NCBI RefSeq assembly: GCF_006345805.1
Contig: NC_043001.1
Span: 59,024,001 to 59,088,000 of the forward strand
Reading direction: 5' to 3'
Length of the DNA stretch: 64,000 bases
Source: Octopus sinensis
Taxonomy: Eukaryota
The notes under the pieces were generated by a model. That model was not told the origin of the DNA. It was given only the letters and a program-made list of their open reading frames with translations, and ran no database searches. Of this stretch, positions 25,608 to 38,983 are shown piece by piece. How positions within the stretch are numbered: the first letter of the stretch is position 1; every line of letters starts with the position of its first letter. Made by a program: the position numbers and the translations under genes.

Positions 25608-25781
25608 CAGTAGTGGATGTGTGGTAAGTAGCTTGCTTAATAACCACATGGTTCCGGGTTCATTCCCACTGCGTGGCATCTTGGGCAAGTGTCTTCTACT
25701 ATAGCCTCAGGCCGGTCAAAGCCTTGTGAGTGGATTTGGTAGACAGAAACTTAAAGAAGCCCATCGTATATATGTGTATAC

Positions 25782-25842
<61 letters not shown>

Positions 25843-26362
25843 TATGTATGTGTGTGTGTGTTTGTATGTCTGTGTTTCCCCCCCCCAACATTGCTTGACA
25901 ACCGATGCTGGTGTGTTTAAGTCCCCTTAACTTAGCGGTTCGGCAAAAGAAACCGATAGAATAAGTACTAGGCTTCGAAAGAATAAGTTCCTAGTGTTGA
26001 TTTGTTCGACTAAAGTCTTTACAATCTTTCGGCTATTTTAGAGAATTTCAGTTGGAACATTGTTTAAAGAACTCTACCACAGTTTATTGTCCCCATTTTA
26101 ATCATGATCACAACATGTAGCTCTCATAGCTGCAATAGCAGAAGGATCAACACAAATATATCGCACCCAGTGTACAACAATAGCAACTTGTCAAACTGTT
26201 GTGTGAGAGTAGAACACGCATATTTGGTTGGCTCCTAATAGATTGTGCCACAATATAAATGGACATGTGCAGAGAGAGTCGGGGAACTGTGTAAAGCCGG
26301 AAGATTTGCGTATGACCGCAATCAAATGACTGAAACAAGTAGAAGAGTAAAAGAGTAAAAGA
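25608..26362 (+). mobile_element. SINE family 1, full-length, carrying a foreign 300-bp insert
   Basis: GTGTGGTAAGTAGC..GGGTTCATTCCC..TTGGGCAAGTGTC..(TA)n(TG)n..TTCGACTAAAG [insert] ATGACCGCAATCAAATGACTGAAAC, then an (AAGAGTA)n-like tail. Confidence 0.9.
26012..26313 (+). repeat. Direct near-identical copy of 19309-19608
   Basis: Only one substitution and one 2-bp indel seen over ~300 bp. Confidence 0.95.
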
Positions 26363-29300
26363 CCTATCGGCTTCAGAAACCTGCGATATACTGAGGAGTC
26401 CGCGATATAAATTTCCATATATTCACCAGAAAAATCCGCGATATACTGATGGAGCGATGGGTTAACCGTAACATGACGAGTGATTATTGTATTACGTAAT
26501 GTAAAGTGTCACGTAGCAGATTTCGAGATGCTATACGGATACTGAAAGCATTTCATTTTCCTCGGGTATTTAAAACCTTAGGAGGCACGAGACAAATCTA
26601 TTTCATTTTACACTTCACTTACAAACAAGCACTCTATTCAATAATATAGCTTTTATAAGTTCCAAATGTGATTTTAGTATCTTACAAATCTTAATATTAT
26701 TCAGATGGGTCTCAGATTATTTTGCTTAAAACTGTGGAATAGTTTTGTACTGCATTGAGACGTCTTCCAAAAAGGTAAGTCAACACATTGCTAAATATTT
26801 TGCTATCAGTAAACTTTACTGACACAGAATATCTTGTCTTTTTTCTTTGTTTTATACAATGGCTCTGCACTCTGTATTGGCTAACTCCCGTTATTCTTTA
26901 CTTTGGTTACTCTTCTCTCTTTTAATCTTCCACCTTACTGTATGTCACTGCCCAGAATGCTAAACCACTGTAATTCTTTCCCTATTCATATTTTTCCTGC
27001 ATGTGCTTACCTAAACAATCTCAAACTGAATAACAATTGCATTAATCTCACCAGACAACTAATCTTAACAGATGTCATGGCTAGAAGGTGTTTTTCTCTG
27101 AATATCTATAGCGATTGTATTGTATCAGAACTGAACAATTCCCTATAATATATGAATCCCTTATTGGTCGTTTAGCAATAAATCACAATGTCCATTACAG
27201 AATTCATGTGTAGGTATTTCATCCGATAAATCAGTGTGCAAAATATTTGCAGTAGCAACATGGCGTATGAAATGCACAATATTCATTGTAATTTAAATGT
27301 TGAATTAAAACAATTATGGCGAGGTTATACAAAATATTTTGATAATGCGGATGTATATTCACAACCGAACTCCGATGCAGCATGCAGTTGGCCTACGATT
27401 AGTTTTAACTCACATATATATTGCTTCCAGTATAACATCCTTTTGGAATGGAAGACAAGTCTGAGAAAAATTATGAAAGAATATTTACTGTTGAGCTTAT
27501 ATATGCACACATGTTAATTGGTGTGCTGGAAACAGCTGAACAGGGTGAAGTGCCCTCGATGAAACCGTGGCGGGTCCTGTACAATTGCATTAAAAAGTAA
27601 ATAATATTCAGCAGTTAACAACGAGTAATCTTCAACTATTTCCCCTATAGTTTGCTGTTGGAGCAATTGAAGGAGAATAAACGTCACAGCGATCCGATAT
27701 ATGCCTTCATATTTTCCAAGAAAATAATTATATTTATTATAATTGTTTCAATACTGAAAACTGTTTTTAAATTCAGTTCGATTGTGTTCCTGCAGATTCC
27801 TTGTGCGACTGAAATGTTTCTAAATCATTTTGGATCTTTGCTCAAGACTTAGACAAAGTCATAAAGATATTTATAAATAGGATTCACTAAGGTATTGTTG
27901 TCATTGCGGCTGTTCCTTCACTACGGGTCAGACGTCGACAAATAGATGGAGTAGCAAAGTCATTCAAGCCTTAATAATTCTGTATTTTTCTTTCTAAGTA
28001 TATTTGCTATGTCATGTTGCAGAATATATATGTGATCTTATGGAGATACTGCTGCTATTTGTAGAAGTGCGAGCGACGAAAGAGAAGCTATGTTTCTTTT
28101 TTAGATCACCCATTGAATGATTTAATTTCACACTCCAAAGCCATTTGCTTCACAAAGGAACATGCACTCTACATTCTCCTCATACTGGTTTAAATAAAAT
28201 TTGAGAGACACGGCTCAACACTTGACTCTAAAATGAGAAATCTAAAGCTCTATATAGATACAGAAATAAGAAAAAACTTCTGATCATGAAGCTCCTACAT
28301 CTGCTATACAGATTATTCTGCAGAGTAATAAAAGAAATAATAACACAGACAATATTAACAACAGCGACTACAATGTGAATAGTAATAGCATCATCAGGTC
28401 GACGATCATCATCATAGACTCTACCACCAACAACCTACGAACTCTAGCAAGAACCAGTAGCTACTGCTGCCACTAACAACAGAAAAAGCAACAACTTTAA
28501 GTTAAAGAGAAAAACAAACCTATATATCTGTAAACATTAAATATTTAAATGCTACCAAAGTTGTGAGGTGGAAAAAAACTGTTTTCCTGGAAGCTCATAA
28601 TACATTCGTCTCATCCGGTATGTTATATGTTAAGTGTCTGGTGAAAGTTATATGTGTAGATTTCAGGATATTTTCGTTTACAAAAGGGCCTCGTAGGAGA
28701 CGCTCATATATCATACCAGTAGTTATAGCCACGATAGTAATATTGCTGACAGACAGGAACATGAATGAAGGTTTATCTTGGTATTCCCAATGTAGTATGA
28801 ACATTTTGTTTAATACGTTGTGTCTTCGTTAAACAAAAGGCAAAGAAAAGTAAATGAATACAGAACCAAACGAAAAACTCTTTTGTTATAATTCTATTCA
28901 CAAAGGATATATTTTCGAAATATAAATCGAACTGGCATTTGCTCGGTGTTTTATTATCGCAGATGATGAATTTCTTTCTGCTGAGATTTGAACTTAGAAT
29001 GCAAGGAGTAACAACTAAGTAACTTAGGTACTACTTCGGTCGTTCTAACAACTGAGCCAAACAGCTTCTGTAATTTGTATAACGAATAACTTTCATTGTT
29101 ATATCTTGGTTTAAATTACCGATGTCTCTACATCACGGCAAGGGTCTGCATTTTACAGTGAAATTCTGTTGTTCTTTTACACGAACAGAGTATATGCCAT
29201 AAGTCGCGATATAAGATTGAAAGTGGAACAAAGCGCTTTTCCGAGCGACCACCTCTTTCACTAAGCTACTCGCGTCACATCTATAAATACTTCACCTTAT

Positions 29301-29639
29301 TTTCCATTCGCTACGGTAACAATTCTTGTTATTATTGTTGTAGTATAGATCCCTATTAGTTCTGATCGATCACAACTTTCTTGAATACCATTATATCTCT
29401 TAACATCCTCTTACCTTCTCTGGCACAGTGTACCTTGTGTCACATTAAAATATTTTCTTTTCTAAACCGCAAACGAAGTGTGATTTCTGGTGAAATTTGG
29501 CTGAATTTTGTAACCGGCTGCTCAAATAATTAGAAGGTATTTCATTGGTTCAGTTTTGAAGCACTATAGTGTGAAAAAGAAGGGAATGGTTGTGGAAAGT
29601 CCTTTCATTGATGAGTAAGAGACAGAAAATCGGGAATGC

Positions 29640-30846
29640 AAAATCCAAAGAGCATAGGGCGCAGGATAGCTTGATTAAACTGAAGGAAGGCTATAAAGAC
29701 CTGGCTGAATGGACAGTAAGCAGTAATTAAGATGCAATTTTTGGTAGAATACTAAGCACATCAGAAGATAAATGAGATCTCTGATTGCGCGATACTGGTT
29801 GAGAAGATTGATATTTAGAATAGCTGAACAGAATATACAGGACGCTAGTACTAGGAGCAATATTTTTATATCGAGAATGATAACGAAGCAGGTGCAAAAA
29901 TCTCTGCATGTATTTCATAGATGACACAAAGGCTTTCGACAAAATAAGACATGACATATAATTTTTAGAACCCAGTAAACTTGATCTGCTTGTCAAAGAC
30001 CTCCAAATCATGCAGAGTCTATTGGAATCAATCATCACTCTTAAAGAGAAATGAAGAATGTTGTGAATACAGTGGCATCACTGGGATTAGACAAGGATGT
30101 GTTAAGTCACCATATCTCTTCAATTACATTAGCGTATATATCATAAGAGAACTGGAGAAGAGAAAGTTCAGAGAGTAGAAGGCAGAAACATTACAAACAT
30201 ACGATATGCATATGACACAGTCATACTTGCAGACTTCTGAATCTAGATATCAGAAAAAGTGAGAAGAAAGGTGTTTTCATAAATTGCAAGATGAAACATT
30301 GTATGGAGGTGACACAGATGGGGATTCAAAAATGCATGCTGCAAGTGAACAATCAAATCATAAAGCAGGTATCATCATTCAAGTTCCTTGGAACTTTGAT
30401 AACAGATGATACAGGATGTTTGAAGAAGATCAAAAGACGAATAGGGCTGGCAAAATATGCATTCTCAGAATAGATCTTGATCTTGAGAAACCTTACTCAG
30501 AACTTCAAGATCTTGCTATATCTACTCTGTGTTAATGTATGGCAGTGAGACATTCTTACGAAGAATTGATAAACCGGGTTGCGTTAAGTACGAAACTACT
30601 TCGTGAGATAAGTACCAAGGAACTCAGATTTATTGATTATATGATGAGGAAAGAGCACCTTGAGAATTTAGCGATGACCGAAAACATTGAAAAAACATTG
30701 GATGTCAGGTTTTATGAACTGGTTGGAAGAAAAAAGCATTAAACATCAGGGATTGTAACTGTAAAAGAAAACAAAGAACAAAGAATTGTAGGGGGATATG
30801 ATCGCCTATATCCTAGGTTCTGGACATGGCATCTAAAGAAGAAGAA
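29640..30846 (+). mobile_element. RTE-clade LINE, decayed RT and 3' end
   Basis: FIDDTKAFDKIRH, GIRQGCVKSPYLFN, ITNIRYAYDTVILA (YADD region), IKQVSSFKFLGTLIT..IKRRIGLAK; ends GGACATGGCATCTAAA(GAA)3. Confidence 0.9.
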
Positions 30847-33800
30847 ACTGTGAAAAGTGTTTGTAAGCACATTCATATCTTTCGACGCATATATACTGAC
30901 TTATTTTCCACCATGGCTGCTTGGTCTCTCCGCAAATTTAGCTTTCCAAGGAGTTGGTTAATTGAGGGGATGTACGATTTCAAAACTAATAATTTCGACA
31001 TTGTTGAATGTTAATCCAAAACATTGTCTTAATTATTTCCGTGAAGAGGTAGGGCATGCAATCAAATATCGGCAAATATCACAATATCATTTATCAGCAT
31101 ACATTTGAATAGATCGATATGCCAGGAAATGGATTAAATTATAACTGAACATGCTTGTGCTTTAGTTTCTATTGTGTAGATCATCAGTTGGAATCTAGCA
31201 CTACATTGTTCATCCAAATAAAGCACAAATGTATGTATCTTGTTTGTGACAAAGAATGTTAGCTATAATAATTTCCTTTATTTTTTTTCCTTAATGCTGT
31301 TATAGGAACTGAAAGAATGTTTTTATGGTTGTGGTGAAATGTAATATTTAAAATTAAACAACAGTAACAATTAGCTTGTAATCTTTCTCGTAGTCACTTG
31401 ATTGGAGACAAGAAAGCTAAGTTCAATAGTTTATTTAAAAAATGAACTTCGGTTAACTCTCGCGTATGACACGGTTGACCAAGCTTGTATACAAATCTCC
31501 TTACTTCACATAACCGATAGCACTGAAGGGAAAGAAATCTCAAAGTCTTATGCGGTTTGGAACTAGGTTCGTCAAATGCAGTCAGAATGGCAAAGCAGGC
31601 TTGAATAGAGACTGCAAAGAAACTCATCCAACGCCTTCAGAGTCCTGTCTATCAGACGTAAGATTATATGAGAAAATTAGGAAAATTATAGAATAAAGTT
31701 ACATTATTTACTGTGCTGAACAACACAACGCTAAGGTTCGATTTACAGAGAAATCCATTTATATGAATAAAAGTTTTAAAATGGCGTCAAATACAAGATC
31801 AATTCATAAGAGGCAAATCATGTGAGAGTGCCGGAAAATACAATACAAAGTAAAGAGACGACATCATGTAAGACAGAATAAAGAGCAAGATGAGAGCAGG
31901 GGAGAGCAGGCAAGTAATTATTTTTTTGTTTAACAAAATCATCAATTGTTCTTGTTTCACAATTATTGGTCGAAGAAGCGTAAGGCCTTAGGCATTCTGA
32001 CAGGATCATCTAATACTCTTGAAGATCGATGATGATACTCTCCACTTCCTTTTTTCAAAATAATGAATCGTGGGTTGAGAAAAATGTTGCGGCTCTTTTC
32101 AGCATTTTTAGCGACCGTCTTTTAACTGTAGACTAGTAATTACGAAGAAACATGGTGAAGCGTCGGCATAGATATCATGATAGCTATGTGTGAGAATGGG
32201 TAGTGGCATTCCTGTGTGTAATGAGCAAGTCTGCGATGAACTTACTCATTACATCATATTATTCGACGAAGTATTTTCAGGCAAATAAAAGACTGGACCT
32301 TATCTCGGTATACCTTTGCTGTCACAATAATCTGCATGTTTCATGATAACGCACAGATGAATGTCAATAAATCTATTAACTTGAAATTCAGTATTCTCGT
32401 TTGGCCTACTTCAAGACAAGTTCATTCAATTAGAGAGTTTTGCAACTTATCAACCTATCGATATGACATATATAAAAGGATATGATTCTTAATTAAGTTG
32501 ATTGTATTTGTTATGCAGAACTACAAGTGAATTGAAGTTAATTAATATCGTGGAGTCCAAAGATACGGGAGGTATAATTTCTTGTTGCTATCTTGAATTT
32601 TTTGATATTCAGGACGGCACAAGATATCTTTAAATTCAGTTTTAAAACTGCAAGTCATCAATCAAGTTTTGATATACAACTTGTTTTAATCTCTCGCCCC
32701 CAAGTTCTCCCGGTGAATTTTTCTGATCTGATACTATTTATGTAGAGGAAATAAGTTGATATTAGTCAGACGACAACAAGGTTAGAAGCGAAAGAACTGA
32801 TAAATTTTCCAGTCTACCTGAATTTTGATGATTAAGATACCCAATTAAAGAGTATTTATCATATTTTCCCACATACAGCGCCCACTGTTCTTTAAGAAGT
32901 TCTATACGTGATAAAAATCCGGGGAAAGAAACAGAAATTAAGCGAAGTAATTGGAGAAAAGACTATATTAAAAGAAACGGTTGGAATATAAGGGACGGAA
33001 ACTTACTGGAACATTTCCAAATATATTCTATATTGATTTCTATATCTCTCACACACTTTATATAAGAATGCTTATCAAATCTCTTATGAATTCTATGAAA
33101 CATATTCTTGAAATTCTATCGTTTACGATCTATATTCTCGCACGATTTCTCATAAATATTAGTTTAGTACCTACTTTAAGTTACTCGAGCAAAAAGTGTG
33201 AATAGAATGTGTTTTTCTCGAATAACTAATGAAAAGGCCCTGCGAGACATAGTTATAATGGATAGGAACACTGAAAACCGTTGGCCAAATTTATGTATTT
33301 ATATTTGCATCTAAGAAATATGTATTCGCGTACATCAATCAATACGAACTTGAAAACAATTCTACGCTATAGGTTGGCATATTCTTAATCGCAGTATTGA
33401 TAGTTCAGAATCATTTGTGATTACATAATTTATAACGTTTCCGTTAGCGATACCCCAAATGGAAAGGCAATCTCATGTTGAAGCAGACGGAAATCTCTAC
33501 GACACCGATATCTTCACCGATGATGAGGTTCGCTGTATTCGAATAATGAATCGTTTTCTATTCTAATGACTTTGATGCGGTTGCAGCAGTTAGTCGGTGA
33601 TGATATAATTGCCTATAAATGTGATAAAATTTAGAAAGGTTTGGAGAAACAAACGTGAGAGAAACATTTAAAATTGCAAAGTAAGGTAGATTAAATCTAT
33701 TTCTGTAAAATACCTTATGATGTATATCAGTTCTGAAGTATTCCTTAATTTGTTTTAAGATTTTGTCTTCTCTACTGGCTCCTGAGATGTTAAGAAAAAG

Positions 33801-34664
33801 AGTGTACAGCTTAATACATATTTATCTCATTCTTCCGTTTACTAATACCAAAGATGACCCGTCGAAGTTATTTTTTATGTACGTGCATAATTTCTATTGC
33901 ACAATCCTCCTTTTTTTTAATTTTATCTTGAAGAGAGATTTCAGTCTTACTTCGAATTTTGAGATGTAAATATTTTCATTCAATGGCAAATACACATTTT
34001 ACGTACATGCACGAACAACCGTTGATGTCAAGCTATTATGAGTTATCAATAAGACGACATCATAAAGTTATTTCCCGAACCTGTGAAACAAGAACAGTCC
34101 TCTATTAGAAAGACATACGCATTTTGGTAGGCGATATCAAATCACATATCATATGTATAGATCTATAAGTATAGAAATACATCTGGTTGAAACAAAGGCT
34201 CTCATTAAAACTCATAGAGTATAATACACTTTAAACGTAAGCTATGGAAATCACACAGACACTGCAAAAGTAAAAATAGACTCAGTTCGACAATGTTACC
34301 TTAGTTATATCAGATTTCACCACTGGCAAAGACATTCTCACATACATTCTTAAAAACGATATATGTAAATATTGTGTAGCGCCATATCTGGCACTAACTA
34401 CCACAGTATATTGTGTAATTACCTCTAAGAATATTTATATATTGGTATTCCTATATTTGATAAAAGGTGTATACTGTTTTCCGGTATATGAATATGCAAC
34501 ATGAATACACAATATGTTAACAGACATAATCTGTCATGTAAACACGTAATAGACTTAAGCACGAGTCAAGGTTAAACACTAATTTACGCTTACCAACTGG
34601 TGGGCTGGTAATTAAGTTGTGACAGGACTACAAGTAATGCATACACACACACACGCACATGTAT

Positions 34665-34715
<51 letters not shown>

Positions 34716-34853
34716 TATATATATTATATATATATATAATATATATATATATATAATATATATATAAATGTTGTAAAGCAATGTAATCTTCACTTCAGGG
34801 AACTATTTATATATTTTTCCGTGTTAATCGTTAACAATGGAAAAATGCACACA

Positions 34854-34919
<66 letters not shown>

Positions 34920-34923
<4 letters not shown>

Positions 34924-35099
34924 AAACAAGTCAAAAATAGAAAATGCTAAAATAATTTTATAGTGAACATTTCAGTACCGGTTTCTAAATTTAATTATTT
35001 AATCGTTACAGTTGAAAAGGTCTCAAAATGACCGAAATCGGTACTGAAATGTTCACTATAAAATTATTTTAGCATTTTCTATTTTTGACTTGTTTTTTC
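34920..35099. mobile_element. 180-bp palindromic element in (TA)n (66-bp inverted arms); probable Penelope-like terminal remnant
   Basis: Arms 34920-34985 and 35034-35099 are reverse complements with one mismatch; 48-bp spacer. Confidence 0.85.
35009..35046 (+). ncRNA. Decayed minimal hammerhead motif
   Basis: CAG-UUGAAAA-GGUC(UCAAAAU)GACC-GAAA-UCG-GUA^CUG; core is two transitions from CUGAAGA; the inverted arm preserves GAAACCGGUA with palindromic ACCGGU. Confidence 0.55.
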
Positions 35100-35133
35100 A
35101 TATATATCAACTCGTATGTTCCTTTTCACCCTT

Positions 35134-35184
<51 letters not shown>

Positions 35185-35357
35185 CAGTAATGCAATACAA
35201 AGTATTGCCTTCCAGTTGCACACACGCATTTTTGCTAATACATACGCGGTGAAGCTACACATTAGCGTCGTATTTTTACGTTCGCTATTTCCAGTAAATA
35301 TCGCTACTTAGTTGTGCCATTTATTTACAAATTTGTATATATATATATTATATATAT

Positions 35358-35389
<32 letters not shown>

Positions 35390-35439
35390 ATATACATAAT
35401 GTATATATAGTAGCAAATTCATATACACGTTCAACATAG

Positions 35440-35520
<81 letters not shown>

Positions 35521-35677
35521 ATAGAAACAATACATGCATGCACACATATCCATATATAGATGATATTAGTTGAAAGTATATTCAATTTTTACGCTAATAT
35601 ACTACTGAAATAATGGAGAATCGTGTTAAAAATAGGGTAATAATCATACTGATACGCCGAAAAATTCGTGATTTTAA

Positions 35678-35741
<64 letters not shown>
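35678..35741. repeat. (ATT)n microsatellite
   Basis: Perfect trinucleotide run. Confidence 0.97.
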
Positions 35742-37208
35742 GAAATATACAGGAATTAACATCACACAAATTATTGCATTCGCTCATCACTATTGATAAC
35801 ACACTACACACATCTCCTACTCTATACAAGCACACTCAAGCATACACATACGGATGTGTGTGTGCATGTATGTGTGTAAGTATGTATGTATACACATTAA
35901 GAGAAAGAGAGAGGAGTGAAAGAGCATATACTTATTGCTCTTTTCATGCATGCCTTCATGTTTTCCCGCATGAGAGAAACTTACATGTCCAATAAGATTA
36001 GTTGACAATAACTATTTCAATAGTTCCCAGGCATGATAGATATATGTATATTTGGCTACGTTTTAAAGATACATTAAAGATCCCTTGATTAATCCCTGCT
36101 ATTTTCTTATAACATTTTAATCTGATCCCAGCGTTCTTCGGTTCCCAATGTGCCTATCTTTAGCAACAGTGGTAATGTCTTACGATACTTAAGCAATGAA
36201 AGCATGCTCTAATATACATTTATTCGTGTATTCGCGTATGAACACAATCTGAAACACATACTCTCATACTTGTAAATACGGAGACGCAAACATAGGTATA
36301 TAGCAATATATTAAGAGACACACACACATATGCATGAAATTGTATATGAATGTGTAATTCTTAAACATATAACTATATATCTATAAGTATACACTGATGT
36401 AATTATGATTGTATTCGTATATGTCCGATGTGCACTCAAAGAGTATCCGACTTTATTTGCTCCCGCCAAAGCTTCTGTGCTATGGGGGGAAACCCTTTGT
36501 TTGAAAGGTGACACCATCTTTCATGCGCATGCGTCGAAATTTTTGTGCAGGTAGCTCGGATCAGTTCACGCACACTACACATCTGTAAAGCCATTATGAG
36601 CGTGCACTGCGAATCTGTACTGTGTGTAACAGCCGGTAAATGATGCGGCCTACCGACGCAAAAGTTTTAACGCATGTGTAGGAAGGGTGGTATCACATTT
36701 CGCCTAAATGAGATTGCTCACGCAGTATTAGTTTCGGCGAGCTGGCAGAAACGTTAGCACGCCAGGCGAAATGCGTAGCCGTATATACGACTCAAATTTG
36801 CAAACAAACAAGTGCTCATATAAAGACATGAACAAAGCCGTACTGGAAATCCACATCAATAATTTTACCCTAGTTTCACTATTGTTGTCTCTCTTTGAAA
36901 GCTAAATTCACTCCTGCAACACACACATATACAAGTAAAAGCGTATGATTTTTGAAATATAATTGGCAACCAAATACGTCTGTAGAAAGATAATTGGATA
37001 AACATACATCTCATCCCTTTGCAAACACACGCCATTATAACATTGAGTATCAGAACATTGCGAAAGAAACTCACACACGTGCGCATAGCATCATGTGTAA
37101 ACATTCTAAGCCATATCGTCTGCCACCAACAGATTGTTTTCCTTGACACCATCTTTCTCTCCCTATCTCTCCCCTCTCTCACACACAATCTATATGCCTT
37201 GATATTTA

Positions 37209-38486
37209 TCAGGCCATCTCATAAGTTCTGTCCGAATTTTGAATAAATAAAACAAGTGATCAAATGTTATATTCAATTGAAATTTAATCATCAATGTACT
37301 TTCCCTGAATATATATGACTTCCTTCAATCTATTTACAAGCTTTTCAATCCCATCAATATAAAACTCTTTTGGTTTCAAAGTGAAAAACTCTGAAATGTA
37401 AGTTTCGACCTCCTCCTGGCTTGCGAAAGTTATGTCCCCCAAATGATTCTGTAAACTACGAAACTAATGGTAGTCTGAAGGAGCAAGGTCGGGAGAATAA
37501 GGTGGATGAGGAATTTTTTCTCCACCAAGCTCTTCGATCTTCTTTGATGTGATGTTTGCAGTGTGGAGTCGCGCATTGTCCTGATGAAACATCACTCCTT
37601 TTCGATTCACTAAAACGGGTCTTTTTTCTTCAAAACTTGTCAAACACTCTACTTGATGACAGTAGACTTGATCATTGACTGTTGCATTAGTTCCTAACAG
37701 TTCAAAGTCAATTACTCTTTGCAATTCCACCAGATAGAATGAAAAACTTTTTTTTCTATGAAGATCCTTTCTCGGTTGTGGTTGAGCTTTTTCCCTTTTA
37801 CCAAGCCACTGTTTACGACGTTTAACATTTCGATAGAAGAACCATTGTCCTCACAAGCCACAAGTCTATCCAAAAAGGGTGAAATCAGTTCGCGAGAATG
37901 AGGAGAAGAGCAGATGTCAACTCGGGACTTGCGGTAGCTTTCGGACAATTCATGAGGCACACATTTTCCAAGTTTACAAACCTTTCCAAATTGTTGAAGA
38001 TGACGATGAACAGTTGTATGGTTTCAACTAAACTTTATTGCCAATTCTTCAACTGATAATGTAGGATTTTCTTCGAGTAATGCCTTAAGGAGTAATCATC
38101 AAACTCAACTGGACGTCCTGTTCGATATTCATCTTCAAGGCTGAAATCTGCACTTCTGAATTTTGCAAACCGTCTTCTGTAAGTTCTTTCATTCAAGCAT
38201 TGTTTCTCATAAACTGAGTGTATGTTTCAAATCGCTTCGGCTGCAGTATTTCCCTTTATTTGTACTCACAAAGCATTATGTGACTTAAATGGTCTTTGGA
38301 TACTTCCATGTTAGAAAGAGTTTTAATCAAAGAAATTTTAATTCTATTATGCTGTAAAATAATATTTAATTGGCTTAAATGTACACAAATACATAAAAAT
38401 AATTTTTAATTCCATCAGACATTACTATTAAATTCCATTCAATTTTAAAAAAGGTAAAATCGGACAGAACTTTTAGGATGACCTGA
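37209..38486 (-). mobile_element. Mariner (DD34D) transposon, near full-length, decayed transposase
   Basis: TIRs TCAGGCCATCTCATAAGTTCTGTCCGA / TCGGACAGAACTTTTAGGATGACCTGA flanked by TA; reading frame remnant 38309-37284: MEVSKDHL.., VPHELSE, FHQDNARLH, HPPYSPDLAPSDYH. Confidence 0.95.
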
Positions 38487-38522
38487 TAGATAGACAGACA
38501 GACACGTACATACATACATACA

Positions 38523-38553
<31 letters not shown>

Positions 38554-38576
38554 GTACATAGATGTATATATATATA

Positions 38577-38614
<38 letters not shown>

Positions 38615-38770
38615 TATATATATATGTCTGTGTGTGTATTCTAAATGTATACGTATAAACGTACAGATATATAAATAAAGTTTTATAGATAGAGACACAT
38701 ACTCGTAACTATGTACAGAGATTCACTGCTTACTACATCCATATTTACATATACATACTTATATGTAGAA

Positions 38771-38821
<51 letters not shown>

Positions 38822-38938
38822 ATATATGTATGTATATATATATATATATTATATATATATATATATGTATGTATGTATGTATGTATACATATATATGTAT
38901 ATATACATATATATATATACATATATATCTATATATGT

Positions 38939-38981
<43 letters not shown>

Positions 38982-38983
<2 letters not shown>

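Larger units (their letters stand above)
25270..26491. mobile_element. Tigger/pogo-like MITE remnant, interrupted by a SINE
   Basis: Repeated (C)CGCGATATA / TATCGCGG motifs and right end CGAGTGATTATTGTA (resembles CGAGGGATTACTG|TA); left end eroded. Confidence 0.5.

Noticed and set aside
36420-36710. Relatively GC-rich patch with TGCGCATGCG (NRF1-like), possible promoter
   Set aside because: Begins with a mariner-TIR-like string (AAAGAGTATCCGACTTT) and has no associated gene; more likely a transposon end.
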